Shown in pieces: positions 1-10,066 of a DNA stretch of 25,822 bases. A model generated the notes under the pieces. It was not told where the DNA came from and did not search any database. It saw only the letters and a list, made by a program, of their open reading frames with translations. The stretch is from Microcoleaceae cyanobacterium. GTDB lineage: Bacteria; Cyanobacteriota; Cyanobacteriia; Cyanobacteriales; Microcoleaceae. The stretch lies in NCBI GenBank assembly GCA_051652765.1, contig JBOFUV010000123.1:1-25822 (forward strand), given 5' to 3'. Position numbers and translations under genes: made by a program. Each line of letters opens with the position of its first letter. The first letter of the stretch is position 1.

Positions 1-127
1 AGCCATTATCGCCCGAGAGTATGGGATTCCGGCGGTGATGAATATTGCCAATGCAACAACGTACCTAAAAAATGGGCAGCAGGTTCGAGTCGATGGTTAT
101 CACGGAACCGTTGAGATTCTAGAGTGA
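1..127 (+). CDS. 3' end of a protein with a PEP-utilising mobile (swivelling) domain, partial
   Basis: Frame from position 2 reads AIIAREYGIPAVMNIANATTYLKNGQQVRVDGYHGTVEILE*; AREYGIPAV and VRVDG are typical of this domain. Not in the ORF track. Confidence 0.85.
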   Translation, partial: AIIAREYGIPAVMNIANATTYLKNGQQVRVDGYHGTVEILE

Positions 128-167
128 ACTGTTGAGAATTAACCCTTCAGAAAACCTACTATTAACT

Positions 168-1520
<1,353 letters not shown>

Positions 1521-1732
1521 TTATCCAATTCTTGATTATCCCCAGGGAAGATTATTCCTGTCAAATTTAGGACATTAAAAATCCTGAATGATTAAGATTT
1601 GTTAAGATTAAATATATCTGTAACATTCTCAGATCAGTTTTTACCCTTTTAGGCGGTTTTGCAACCTGCGGGTTAGATGCCTGCACTACAATCGTTCTAA
1701 CTGATCTCCAACTTAACCAAGCAAGAGCTTTT

Positions 1733-2764
1733 ATGACTTTACATGCTGAACTGCATCGCCACCTGGGAGGTTCCGTTGTCCCCCGCATCCTGTGGCGTTA
1801 CTTCCAACGTCACGATTCTGCCCTAGCGGAACGATTTCCCCAATATCTTGACTTTGAAGCATTTTATACCAAGCCTCGCAATACCCTGGATGAATACCTA
1901 GAACTGCACACGATGGTAGAACAGGTTCAAACTATTGATACCCTACCCTATTTCATTTATCGGTTGATGCGGGGGGCTTATACCTTTGAGAATTTAGCCT
2001 ATTTGGAATTGCGTTATACCCCTTATCTCCGCACCCCAGAACAGTTGAGTCAATCTAAACGGATTGAGCTTATGGCCGACATTGTGGACATTGTTGGCAG
2101 AGCCAGTCAGTTGAACGAGTACCCGATTGTTACCAGCCAAATTTTGTGTATGCATTCTCGCTTGCCCTACGAAGTCAATAAAGCCATTGTAGATTTGGCT
2201 GCGAGTAAGCCTCAGTACGTCTGTGCCATTGACCTAGCGGGGGGAGATGCCCATTATGCAGAACGGTTAGACGAGTTTGTGGGACTGTATAAATATGGGC
2301 GATCGCTGGGCTTGAAAACCACAGGTCATGTCTATGAAACTCCCAATGGCTGTTATCCTGAGCTACTGCCTTACTTGATGCGAATTGGCCACGGGATTCA
2401 GATTCCACTGAAATATCCTGAGCTACTCCCAGAACTCGCTCGCAACCATCAGTGCTTGGAAGTCTGTCCAACAACCTATATTAAAACAGGAACGCTTAAG
2501 AGTATCAAAGAACTGCAAGGGGTGTTTGACCGCTGTTTTGAAGTTGGGGTGGATATTGCCATTTGCACAGACAACGCAGGGCTACACAACGTTCGCCTGC
2601 CCTTTGAGTACGAAAGTTTACTCACCTTGGACATTATTGACTTTCCGCAACTCCAAGCCTGTCAAAGGGCCGCATTTCGCCATGCTTTTGCTTGGCCTCA
2701 CAATAATCCACCTGCAGAACTGTTAACGGGATTATTGAAACCAGAAGAACCTGTCATGTCTTAG
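1733..2764 (+). CDS. adenosine deaminase family protein
   Basis: AELHRHLGGS metal-binding motif, GHVYE, RIGHG, EVCPT and ICTDN. Confidence 0.92.
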   Translation: MTLHAELHRHLGGSVVPRILWRYFQRHDSALAERFPQYLDFEAFYTKPRNTLDEYLELHTMVEQVQTIDTLPYFIYRLMRGAYTFENLAYLELRYTPYLRTPEQLSQSKRIELMADIVDIVGRASQLNEYPIVTSQILCMHSRLPYEVNKAIVDLAASKPQYVCAIDLAGGDAHYAERLDEFVGLYKYGRSLGLKTTGHVYETPNGCYPELLPYLMRIGHGIQIPLKYPELLPELARNHQCLEVCPTTYIKTGTLKSIKELQGVFDRCFEVGVDIAICTDNAGLHNVRLPFEYESLLTLDIIDFPQLQACQRAAFRHAFAWPHNNPPAELLTGLLKPEEPVMS

Positions 2765-2789
2765 GCCCATAATCTCTGAGAAGCAAACC

Positions 2790-3278
2790 CTAATGATGAA
2801 TCTCAAGGCTCAGAACATATCGCCCAAGTTGGACAGTTTGACACCATAACTCATATTCCAGTCGCAAGTATTCTGGCATGGGATGCCCGCTGAATTGAAG
2901 TTCTCGGGTAAAGTTTCGTAATCGAAACTGCTGAGGAATTCCCCTAGAATCTCCTTGCAGATAGTAACGACTAAGGCCATACATCCCTTTTTGCCAGAGG
3001 TGACGGTAGCTATACTGACCATTTCCTTGCATAGTCATCACCGCCCGGTAGGGAGAGACTTCCAACCACAGCAACCGAGGTTTAGGGGAGGATGGGCCTG
3101 GAATCTCAGAACTGAATGGATCAAGCTGATAATCCATTACTCCCGGTTCATGGAGCAATAGATGAAACTGCTCCTGATTTCTTTGATAAACTGTCGCTGC
3201 CGTCTCAATCAGCGATCGCACAGGCAAATCAATTGAGACTAAAGACAAACTAACAGGCTTGCGATAATGGGTAAGCAT
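2790..3278 (-). CDS. conserved cyanobacterial hypothetical protein
   Basis: 162-aa ORF filling the gap between genes; LLWLEVSPYRAVMTMQG and SYRHLW resemble a cyanobacterial hypothetical family. Confidence 0.75.
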   Translation of the reverse strand: MLTHYRKPVSLSLVSIDLPVRSLIETAATVYQRNQEQFHLLLHEPGVMDYQLDPFSSEIPGPSSPKPRLLWLEVSPYRAVMTMQGNGQYSYRHLWQKGMYGLSRYYLQGDSRGIPQQFRLRNFTRELQFSGHPMPEYLRLEYELWCQTVQLGRYVLSLEIHH

Positions 3279-3400
3279 AGTTTAGGGCCAGTTTGCAAAG
3301 ACTCTATTGCCAGGAGTTGGGGGTTGGGACAGAGAAAACGTTAGGATAGCTGATACGATAACTTGGGCATTCTTCCTACACCATTTTATGCCATTATTTT

Positions 3401-4744
3401 ATGCTACCCGTAATCATCTCTACAACTCAGGCCGAGCATCAGACTTTAACAATTACTTCGGATCTTGCCAAAATCTCACTACAAGGACGGATTCGAGTGC
3501 CTGGAGATAAATCGATTTCCCACCGAGCGCTAATGTTGGGGGCGATCGCCCAAGGCACAACCGTGATTGAAGGATTGTTGCTGGGGGCCGATCCCCGCAG
3601 CACTGCCAGTTGTTTTACCCAGTTGGGGGCAGAGATTTCCGAGTTAAATTCTGAACGAGTTAAAGTTCATGGGATTGGTCTCGGGAAGCTCCAAGAACCG
3701 CTGCAAGTTTTGGATGTTGGGAATTCTGGTACGACGATGCGCTTGATGTTGGGCCTTTTGGCCTCCCATCCAGAGCGATTCTTCACCGTGACTGGAGATG
3801 ATTCGATTCGGCGTAGACCCATGGGTCGGGTTGTGCAGCCTTTGCAACAAATGGGAGCCATGATTTGGGGCCGACAGGGAGGAGTTCTGGCTCCCCTTGC
3901 CATTCAGGGCCAACGGTTACAGCCGATGCACTACAATTCTCCGATTGCCTCAGCCCAGGTAAAATCCTGTATTCTGTTGGCTGGGTTAACTACTGAGGGC
4001 CAGACAACGGTGACGGAACCTGCCCTGTCCAGGGATCACAGCGAACGGATGCTTCGGGCTTTTGGGGCCGAATTAACCCTTGACCCTGAAACCCACAGCG
4101 TTACGATTACCGGGCCAGCTCAACTCCAAGGACAAACCGTGATTGTGCCAGGGGATATCAGTTCCGCTGCATTCTGGTTGGTGGCTGGGTCAATTATTCC
4201 TGGTTCAGACTTGGTGATTGAAAACGTTGGGGTCAATCCCACCCGCGTTGGGGTATTAGAGGCCCTGGAACAAATGGGGGCTGATATTCAGCGGCAGCAA
4301 GAACGGGAGGTGGCTGGGGAACCGGTTGCAGATTTGCGGGTGCGCCACAGCCCGTTGAACGCTTGCACGATCGAAGGTGATTTGATTCCTCGCTTGATTG
4401 ATGAAGTGCCCATCTTGGCTGTAGCCGCCGCCTTTGCCCAGGGAACGACGGTAATTCGGGATGCGGTAGAACTGCGGGTCAAAGAGAGCGATCGCATCAC
4501 GGTGATGGCCACTGAACTGACGAAGTTGGGCGCAAAGGTGTCAGAACTCCCGGACGGTTTAGAGATTACTGGCGGCCATCCGTTAAGAGGTACAGCAGTC
4601 GATAGCCATACCGATCATCGGATTGCCATGAGTTTGGCGATCGCCGCCCTAGCCGCCCAGGGAACAACAACAATTGATCGAGCCGAAGCCGCCAGCATTT
4701 CCTATCCTGAGTTTGTGGAAACCTTGCAACAGATTTGCCAGTAA
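3401..4744 (+). CDS. aroA: 3-phosphoshikimate 1-carboxyvinyltransferase (EPSP synthase)
   Basis: [34 protein letters not shown] and DHRIAMS motifs. Confidence 0.98.
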   Translation: MLPVIISTTQAEHQTLTITSDLAKISLQGRIRVPGDKSISHRALMLGAIAQGTTVIEGLLLGADPRSTASCFTQLGAEISELNSERVKVHGIGLGKLQEPLQVLDVGNSGTTMRLMLGLLASHPERFFTVTGDDSIRRRPMGRVVQPLQQMGAMIWGRQGGVLAPLAIQGQRLQPMHYNSPIASAQVKSCILLAGLTTEGQTTVTEPALSRDHSERMLRAFGAELTLDPETHSVTITGPAQLQGQTVIVPGDISSAAFWLVAGSIIPGSDLVIENVGVNPTRVGVLEALEQMGADIQRQQEREVAGEPVADLRVRHSPLNACTIEGDLIPRLIDEVPILAVAAAFAQGTTVIRDAVELRVKESDRITVMATELTKLGAKVSELPDGLEITGGHPLRGTAVDSHTDHRIAMSLAIAALAAQGTTTIDRAEAASISYPEFVETLQQICQ

Positions 4745-4813
4745 AGGTGTCAGTAGAGTTGCCAGTAATTATCGTAGGTTTTGGCTAAAATCTTCTCTAA
4801 ACAAAAACTGCTG

Positions 4814-4930
4814 TATGGCGATCAGTCATTAGATGTGAGAAAAACTAGAGCGGGGTTTGGGGACGCAGTCCCCAAGAAGGGGGCAGCGCCCCCTTCACCC
4901 CTTGTTTACAAATCATTTGTGATTGCTATA
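4814..4930. mobile_element. degenerate MITE-like palindromic insert
   Basis: Internal GC hairpins TTGGGGAC-GCA-GTCCCCAA and GAAGGGGGC-AGC-GCCCCCTTC; degenerate terminal inverted repeats TATGGCGATC... and ...GATTGCTATA. Confidence 0.55.
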
Positions 4931-4977
4931 TATCAATGTGTCAGTTGGAAGTGCGGAATGTGGGCTGAAACTTTACT

Positions 4978-5436
4978 ATGAAACCGATTCAAGCTGCCTT
5001 AGCAATTCTCTATCGAGAGGAGAAATTTCTCTTGCAATTACGCGATGATCTGCCGGGGATTGCCTATCCGGGGGTTTGGGCGCTATTTGGGGGACATATT
5101 GATGTTGGGGAATCTCCTGAAGTTGCCTTCAAACGGGAGGTTCAGGAGGAAATTGGATACGAGGTTCCCCAAATTGTGAAGTTTAGCTCCTATACAGAAC
5201 CCCATGTGATTCGTCATGTGTTTCACAGTCCTCTCAATGTCGGCATAGAGGAATTGGTGCTGGGGGAAGGGCAGGACATGGCGTTGGTTACTCCAGAACA
5301 AATTCAACGGGGAGAGTGCTATTCCTCAAAAGCCGGGTTACAGGCGATCGCCCTGCCCCACCAGAAAATCTTGTTGAACTTTATTGAATTGATCTCTAGA
5401 GGGGAAAATTCTGGCAAAAATCTGGTTAAACCGTGA
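4978..5436 (+). CDS. NUDIX hydrolase
   Basis: Nudix box GGHIDVGESPEVAFKREVQEEIG. Confidence 0.92.
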   Translation: MKPIQAALAILYREEKFLLQLRDDLPGIAYPGVWALFGGHIDVGESPEVAFKREVQEEIGYEVPQIVKFSSYTEPHVIRHVFHSPLNVGIEELVLGEGQDMALVTPEQIQRGECYSSKAGLQAIALPHQKILLNFIELISRGENSGKNLVKP

Positions 5437-5521
5437 AATCAACCCACAAACTTCAGGAACCCTTGTTTATCATTAAGTGAAAGGCTGTAAAACTCCCTTG
5501 ACCTAAAACATTCGTCTCTAG

Positions 5522-5779
5522 ATGGACATTCAGCTCATCAATATCGGCTTTGGCAATATTGTGTCTGCCACCCGAGTGATTGCAATCGTCAGCCCTGAAT
5601 CTGCACCGATCAAGCGGATCATTACCGATGCGCGGGATCGGGGCCAACTAATCGATGCGACCTATGGCCGCCGTACTCGGGCTGTAATCATTACCGACTC
5701 CAGTCATGTTATCCTTTCGGCCATTCAACCTGAGACCGTTGCTCATCGATTTGTAGTTAGCAAAAATGGCTCTGAATAG
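5522..5779 (+). CDS. remA: RemA family (DUF370) regulator
   Basis: [10 protein letters not shown]...[17 protein letters not shown]; the remA-gmk order is conserved. Confidence 0.93.
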   Translation: MDIQLINIGFGNIVSATRVIAIVSPESAPIKRIITDARDRGQLIDATYGRRTRAVIITDSSHVILSAIQPETVAHRFVVSKNGSE

Positions 5780-5886
5780 CTCGGTATCTTCCTGGCGCGG
5801 ACAGGATTGCCACCCTAACAATTTAAAGATTCTAGTTCAAAATTCAAATTGGGTTGCTATACTAACATGCTAAACACAATTTGTTC

Positions 5887-6510
5887 ATGCCTGCTCAACA
5901 ATTCTCAACAACCCACCCACCCACCTTAGCGCCGGGGAAGTCACAACCCGATCAACGGCCGGGTCAACTGATTGTGATTACAGGGCCAAGTGGCGTTGGC
6001 AAGGGAACGTTAGTGCGATCGCTCCTCCAGCGCCATCCCGAGTTGAATCTTTCGATTTCTGTGACGACTCGGCCTCCCCGCCCAGATGAAGTCGAGGGCC
6101 AAGATTACTATTTTGTGGATCGCGATCACTTTCAACACATGATCGAACAGGGTCAGTTGCTGGAGTGGGCAGAGTTTGCCGGAAATTTCTATGGAACGCC
6201 CTGGCAATCGGTTCAGCAGAGAATCGCAGCCGGGGAGTCAATTGTGCTGGAAATTGAGCTGGAAGGGGCACGCCAAGTCCAACAGATTTTTCCTCAAGCC
6301 CAGCGAATTTTTATTCATCCTCCTTCGATGGCAGAGCTAGAACGGCGGCTACGGGAGCGGGGCAAGGATTCAGATGAGGCGATCGCCCGTCGCTTGCAAC
6401 GGGCCCAAGAAGAAATTGCGGCAGCTGGTGAATTTGATGTTGAAGTCCTGAATGATGACTTAGATGCTGCTCTAACTGCCCTAGAAGCAATTTTGTTTTC
6501 AGGGCATTGA
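5887..6510 (+). CDS. gmk: guanylate kinase
   Basis: GPSGVGKGT P-loop, SVTTRPPRPDE and NFYGTP. Start taken at ATG 5887; TTG 5881 is an alternative. Confidence 0.96.
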   Translation: MPAQQFSTTHPPTLAPGKSQPDQRPGQLIVITGPSGVGKGTLVRSLLQRHPELNLSISVTTRPPRPDEVEGQDYYFVDRDHFQHMIEQGQLLEWAEFAGNFYGTPWQSVQQRIAAGESIVLEIELEGARQVQQIFPQAQRIFIHPPSMAELERRLRERGKDSDEAIARRLQRAQEEIAAAGEFDVEVLNDDLDAALTALEAILFSGH

Positions 6511-6516
6511 CTATCC

Positions 6517-6921
6517 CTAGAGGTTGGTTGAAATTGCTTGGACAGGGCAGGCAGAAATGCATTGCTCGCAAACAATGCAGCGCGATCGCGTGAACGTCAG
6601 ATAAAAAGTTTCAGGATTTAGAGTTAAGGCTTCTGTGGGGCAGACCCCTGTGCAGAGACCACAATCCACACAAATTGCCTCATCAATCAGAATCTCGCGG
6701 TTCGCTAGAGAGACATTGATCCCTTGAGTTTGCATCCAATCAATGGCTTCTTCGAGTTGGTCAATGTCCCCAGAAAGCTCGACAACCAATGTTCCAACCT
6801 GGTTCGGTGCCACCTGTGCTCGGATAATATTGGCGGCTACATTAAAGTCTTTGGCCAATCGATAGGTGATGGGCACTTGAATCGAGCGCCGAGGAAAAGT
6901 CAACGTCACTCGCTTTTTCAT
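6517..6921 (-). CDS. NIL-domain protein with a 2x[4Fe-4S] ferredoxin domain
   Basis: N-terminal NIL domain (AANIIRAQV) and two CxxCxxCxxxCP motifs. Confidence 0.93.
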   Translation of the reverse strand: MKKRVTLTFPRRSIQVPITYRLAKDFNVAANIIRAQVAPNQVGTLVVELSGDIDQLEEAIDWMQTQGINVSLANREILIDEAICVDCGLCTGVCPTEALTLNPETFYLTFTRSRCIVCEQCISACPVQAISTNL

Positions 6922-6959
6922 CAGTCCTTAATCTCTACTCATGAATCTCTAACTTCATA

Positions 6960-7125
6960 TTGACATACTCCTACGGCTGAACACCCGTGGCTTTTCATCT
7001 AGGGGCCAACTCAACCCTATCGGCACAGCAGTACTAGCCTTCATCGCCTACGGCAGAGGAGTTATCTGGAGTAGTGCCACTTTCCCAACCAGATTTGGGA
7101 TTACGTTCGTTTTCCCTAGAGTGAG
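6960..7125 (-). mobile_element. IS200/IS605-family right-end (omega/reRNA-like) remnant without tnpA or tnpB
   Basis: Minus strand ends in the hairpin CCACGG-GTGTTCAG-CCGTAG followed by GAGTATGTCAA, resembling cyanobacterial tnpB right ends; the upstream part is extensively self-complementary. Recognised from memory only. Confidence 0.55.
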
Positions 7126-7184
7126 GCTTTTCCCTGAGTCGCGGGAATCAATTCAGGGATTTATGCAGAAAATCTTGACGGACA

Positions 7185-7219
7185 TTGACATTTTTCCTAA
7201 AAACGGTAACAATGAATAC
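7185..7219 (+). promoter_or_regulatory. sigma70-type promoter with an NtcA box overlapping the -10 element (repressing position)
   Basis: TTGACA (7185-7190), 17-nt spacer, AACAAT (7208-7213); GTA-N8-TAC at 7206-7219. Confidence 0.8.
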
Positions 7220-7229
7220 AGAAAAACAA

Positions 7230-7328
7230 ATCGTTCATCTCTTTTTTCTTCAAGATTTGCCTGGATTGCATTCCAGATCGTCGAGATAGAGGAGACGGAA
7301 GTAAGGAACTCTCCTGAAGGAACGCGCC
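7230..7328 (+). ncRNA. glutamine riboswitch (glnA motif, class I)
   Basis: ATCGTTCATCTC...GAGACGGAAGTAAGG...CCTGAAGGAACGCGCC consensus, directly upstream of a gifB-like gene. Confidence 0.92.
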
Positions 7329-7366
7329 TCACTTTACAGCTCTTTACACATTAAGGAGAGGCGATT

Positions 7367-7714
7367 ATGCAACTCAAATATCGTGGTATGACTTACGAAT
7401 ACAACCCCCCCCAAGTTGAGAATCTGACTGGGAAAGCAACTGGAAAGTATCGGGGTCTAGATTGGCGGTTTTGCAACCTCAAAAAGCCCCCTGTCTTGCA
7501 GCCTACCCATGCCTTAACTTATCGGGGTGTGAAGTACTCTAATGCTCCATTTTCAGAAGCTAAGCAGTCTGGAGTGCCCTGTTCAATCTCCGAACAAGCC
7601 CGCGCTCTGATGCTGAATCACGGACGGACTGCCCTAAAGCGGGACGAATCGATGTTAGGTCGTCTGGCCGATGAAATTGGTTTAAACCCTGCTGAGTCTG
7701 TACACCACGCATAG
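7367..7714 (+). CDS. gifB: glutamine synthetase inactivating factor IF17-like (DUF4278 repeats plus IF domain)
   Basis: Three YRG repeats (MQLKYRGMTYEYNPP, GKYRGLDWRF, LTYRGVKY) and the IF-type segment QARALM...KRDESMLGRLADEIG; riboswitch and NtcA box upstream. Confidence 0.85.
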   Translation: MQLKYRGMTYEYNPPQVENLTGKATGKYRGLDWRFCNLKKPPVLQPTHALTYRGVKYSNAPFSEAKQSGVPCSISEQARALMLNHGRTALKRDESMLGRLADEIGLNPAESVHHA

Positions 7715-7833
7715 CGTTCCGACTGACATTCAGTGAGCAGATAGGATCAGTCAGGCATGAAGTTTGATTGCTCTTGATCCCTGCCCACTGAACGTTGGAA
7801 ATACAGCATTCCCTGTATGGTTTTAGTTTCCGC

Positions 7834-7849
7834 TGTAGCTTACGTTACA
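7834..7849. promoter_or_regulatory. NtcA binding site upstream of pirA
   Basis: Perfect TGTA-N8-TACA (TGTAGCTTACGTTACA). Confidence 0.8.
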
Positions 7850-7944
7850 TTTTTTGAAGCTAAACCCTGATGTTAAGCTCTCCTGACAAGGATAAGTTAT
7901 CCTTGAGATAAGGAACACTAATTAATAAAAGGATAAAAAGATCC

Positions 7945-8100
7945 ATGATGAATAGAAATATCCGCAAAACTGCCAAGCAAGTCTCTGAAACCCACCGCGC
8001 CAACATTCAGAAAAGACTGGAACATCGTTTAGCAGTTGCCAAAGCTAAAGGAAATGAAGAGTTAGTGCGGCTCCTAGAAGCTGAAATGCAGCAACTCTAG
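7945..8100 (+). CDS. pirA: PII-interacting regulator of arginine synthesis PirA (Ssr0692-like), 51 aa
   Basis: Manual translation MMNRNIRKTAKQVSETHRANIQKRLEHRLAVAKAKGNEELVRLLEAEMQQL*; the HR..I...LEHRL.VA.AKG.E.LVR.LEAE pattern matches PirA. Below the ORF-track length cutoff. Confidence 0.88.
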   Translation: MMNRNIRKTAKQVSETHRANIQKRLEHRLAVAKAKGNEELVRLLEAEMQQL

Positions 8101-8130
8101 TTTTCCATGACTGAACCTGAACCGAATCCC

Positions 8131-8159
8131 ATAGGGGCGTTCTTAGGAGCGCCCTTATG
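8131..8159 (+). terminator. stem-loop after pirA, probable terminator
   Basis: ATAGGGGCGTTC-TTAG-GAGCGCCCTTAT hairpin 30 nt after the stop codon. Confidence 0.65.
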
Positions 8160-8265
8160 TATTGGAACCTAAATGCATAACTGAGATGCGACTGATCTGC
8201 CCAAGGCTTGACATCAATATTATCTCTGCTAAATCATCTCTTCTATAAAGATGGCTCTAAATAAC

Positions 8266-8338
8266 TGCGCCCTACTGGAATCGAACCAGTCTGAAGGCGA
8301 ATTATGAGTTCGCTGCCTCCCCAATCGGCCAAGGGCGC
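8266..8338 (-). tRNA. tRNA with CAU anticodon, probably tRNA-Ile2 (lysidine); often auto-annotated as Met
   Basis: GCGCCCTTGGCCGATTGGGGAGGCAGCGAACTCATAATTCGCCTTCAGACTGGTTCGATTCCAGTAGGGCGCA folds as a cloverleaf: anticodon arm GCGAA-CTCATAA-TTCGC, T loop TTCGATT; CCA not encoded. Confidence 0.93.
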
Positions 8339-8571
8339 TTAGACTTACGCCTCAATTTTACACCATAGCACTGGGTTAATCATAGTCGTGATGATCAAGC
8401 GCTTGCGGATAGAACCCGAGTAGTTGATGCAGAAGGTCATGTTGATCTTTCAGAATAAACTGCTATATTGAATTATAGATCAAGCTAATCGTCAAATGAA
8501 AAGATGCGGTAGCAGTGGACAGTATAAGCTAACAAACCGTATATTTTTTTAGCTGAACGGGAGTGCTAATC

Positions 8572-8889
8572 ATGAGCCTGAATGAACTTTACAGCCAGCT
8601 CAATCTGGTGATCTTAGAAATTGAGCAACATGATCGCAAGAATTTGCCAAAGTACTCGAGTCAGTTTTCGGAGCAGGTAAAGCTGAGAAAATTGGCCAGG
8701 ATGTTTGAACGGTTGGCGGCGATCGCTGAGGAAAAAGCGGACAATTTACAGGATATTGATTTGGATGACAGTTTCTTGTTCGAGGCTAATGACCTTGTGA
8801 TTGATCTCCCCCTAGTCGCCTCTGTCTACCAACTTGGCCAGAATACTCAGGGCAAAAATGGGGCCTTGGTTCGGTCTAATCAGACTTAA
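8572..8889 (+). CDS. hypothetical protein (helical N-terminal half, acidic C-terminal part)
   Basis: 105-aa ORF from ATG 8572 with GGGAG upstream; contains a HIP1 site. Confidence 0.6.
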   Translation: MSLNELYSQLNLVILEIEQHDRKNLPKYSSQFSEQVKLRKLARMFERLAAIAEEKADNLQDIDLDDSFLFEANDLVIDLPLVASVYQLGQNTQGKNGALVRSNQT

Positions 8890-9823
8890 CAAAACTCAGC
8901 AATGCTACGCTCAGTGTAACTAATAGCACTCCCGCAATCTGTACTCCTGCAAGGGTTTCATGAATTGTTAACCCTGCTAAAATGACTGTCAGTGCTGGGT
9001 TTGTTGATCCAACGATTGCCGCTGAAGTTGCTCCAATCTGACGAATGCCAATATTGTTAAGAACGTGACCCGCAAAAGTAACAATGGCAGAGAGCAATCC
9101 ACCGATCCAAAGCGGAATCCAGGCTATATCGGGTGTTAATTGACCCCATATCAACAAGCTGATTGTTGATAATGTCAATGTCGTGGCAAAGCTAATCCAA
9201 GTAAAGGGAATGGGATGCATTGATTCAAAGCTTTTCTGGGCGTTGACGACATAGAGTGCATAGGCAACTCCGGCGGCAACGCCTGCTGATATACCCCACA
9301 CATTTTCCCGCATATTAAAGTTTTGGCCCATAGCCTGAGTTTGAGGGATTGTCAAAAAACTGCCGCATAAAATTAATCCCATCATCACCCAGCGAAATCT
9401 AGTGGGACGACCGCCAAATAACTGCCACGAGAACAGGGCTGTAAAAACAGGGTAAGTAAAGAACAGAGTCATGGCAACACCCGTTGGAATGAGGCCAATC
9501 GAAACATAAAGCAAAGCCAGATACAGAAACATCAGTCCCCCTCCTGCCAAAGCTTGTAATAGGAGTTGGCGATGTCTTTCAGACTTTAGCTGACGGATGT
9601 CTTGCCAAGACGTTAGGTGAAGTTGAGGCATCAAAACGGCCATCAGAGGCACGACCAGAAGCATCCGCATAAATAATAGAAGAAATGAATTGTGTAGAGT
9701 TGGGATCACAAATCCACCCGTTTCAAACCCACCCAGAAGCGTATATTTGTTAAACAATACTCGAACAATGACATTCTGAAAGCAAAAAAAAACCGAAGCT
9801 AGTAGAACAATGGCAATTTTCAT
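8876..9823 (-). CDS. EamA/DMT family transporter
   Basis: About 10 hydrophobic segments in two repeats; LFFTYPVFTALF and IGATSAAIVGSTNP. Confidence 0.92.
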   Translation of the reverse strand: MKIAIVLLASVFFCFQNVIVRVLFNKYTLLGGFETGGFVIPTLHNSFLLLFMRMLLVVPLMAVLMPQLHLTSWQDIRQLKSERHRQLLLQALAGGGLMFLYLALLYVSIGLIPTGVAMTLFFTYPVFTALFSWQLFGGRPTRFRWVMMGLILCGSFLTIPQTQAMGQNFNMRENVWGISAGVAAGVAYALYVVNAQKSFESMHPIPFTWISFATTLTLSTISLLIWGQLTPDIAWIPLWIGGLLSAIVTFAGHVLNNIGIRQIGATSAAIVGSTNPALTVILAGLTIHETLAGVQIAGVLLVTLSVALLSFVKSD

Positions 9824-10066
9824 GAGGGCAGGTTAACTAGGACAGCAGGTCTAACTCTAGTAGTCTGCCATAGTCATTTTGACAGATCGACCTCTGAGCA
9901 AGGACTTCAATATTGCTGGCATGAACGATTCACTCCATTTGTAAAATCTCTGTAATTTTGGGGTGAAACCCATACAGCGTCACCCCCTTCATTTTGGAAA
10001 TATGTTAGCTTGAATGTGCTGTATCAATTGATTGATCTGTATCTTGGGTGCACTAGGAAAATACGT

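Noticed and set aside
4781..4981. 66-aa ORF
   Set aside because: It is a translation of the palindromic repeat insert.
6990..7125. 6S RNA, or a TPP/SAM/cobalamin riboswitch
   Set aside because: A rod-like fold is possible, but I found none of the conserved motifs of these families; the terminal hairpin plus GTCAA fits an IS200/IS605 end better.
7121..7354. 77-aa ORF
   Set aside because: It overlaps the gifB promoter and riboswitch and has no recognisable protein features.
8266..8338. tRNA as an integration site
   Set aside because: I saw no duplicated tRNA 3' end and no integrase in the window.
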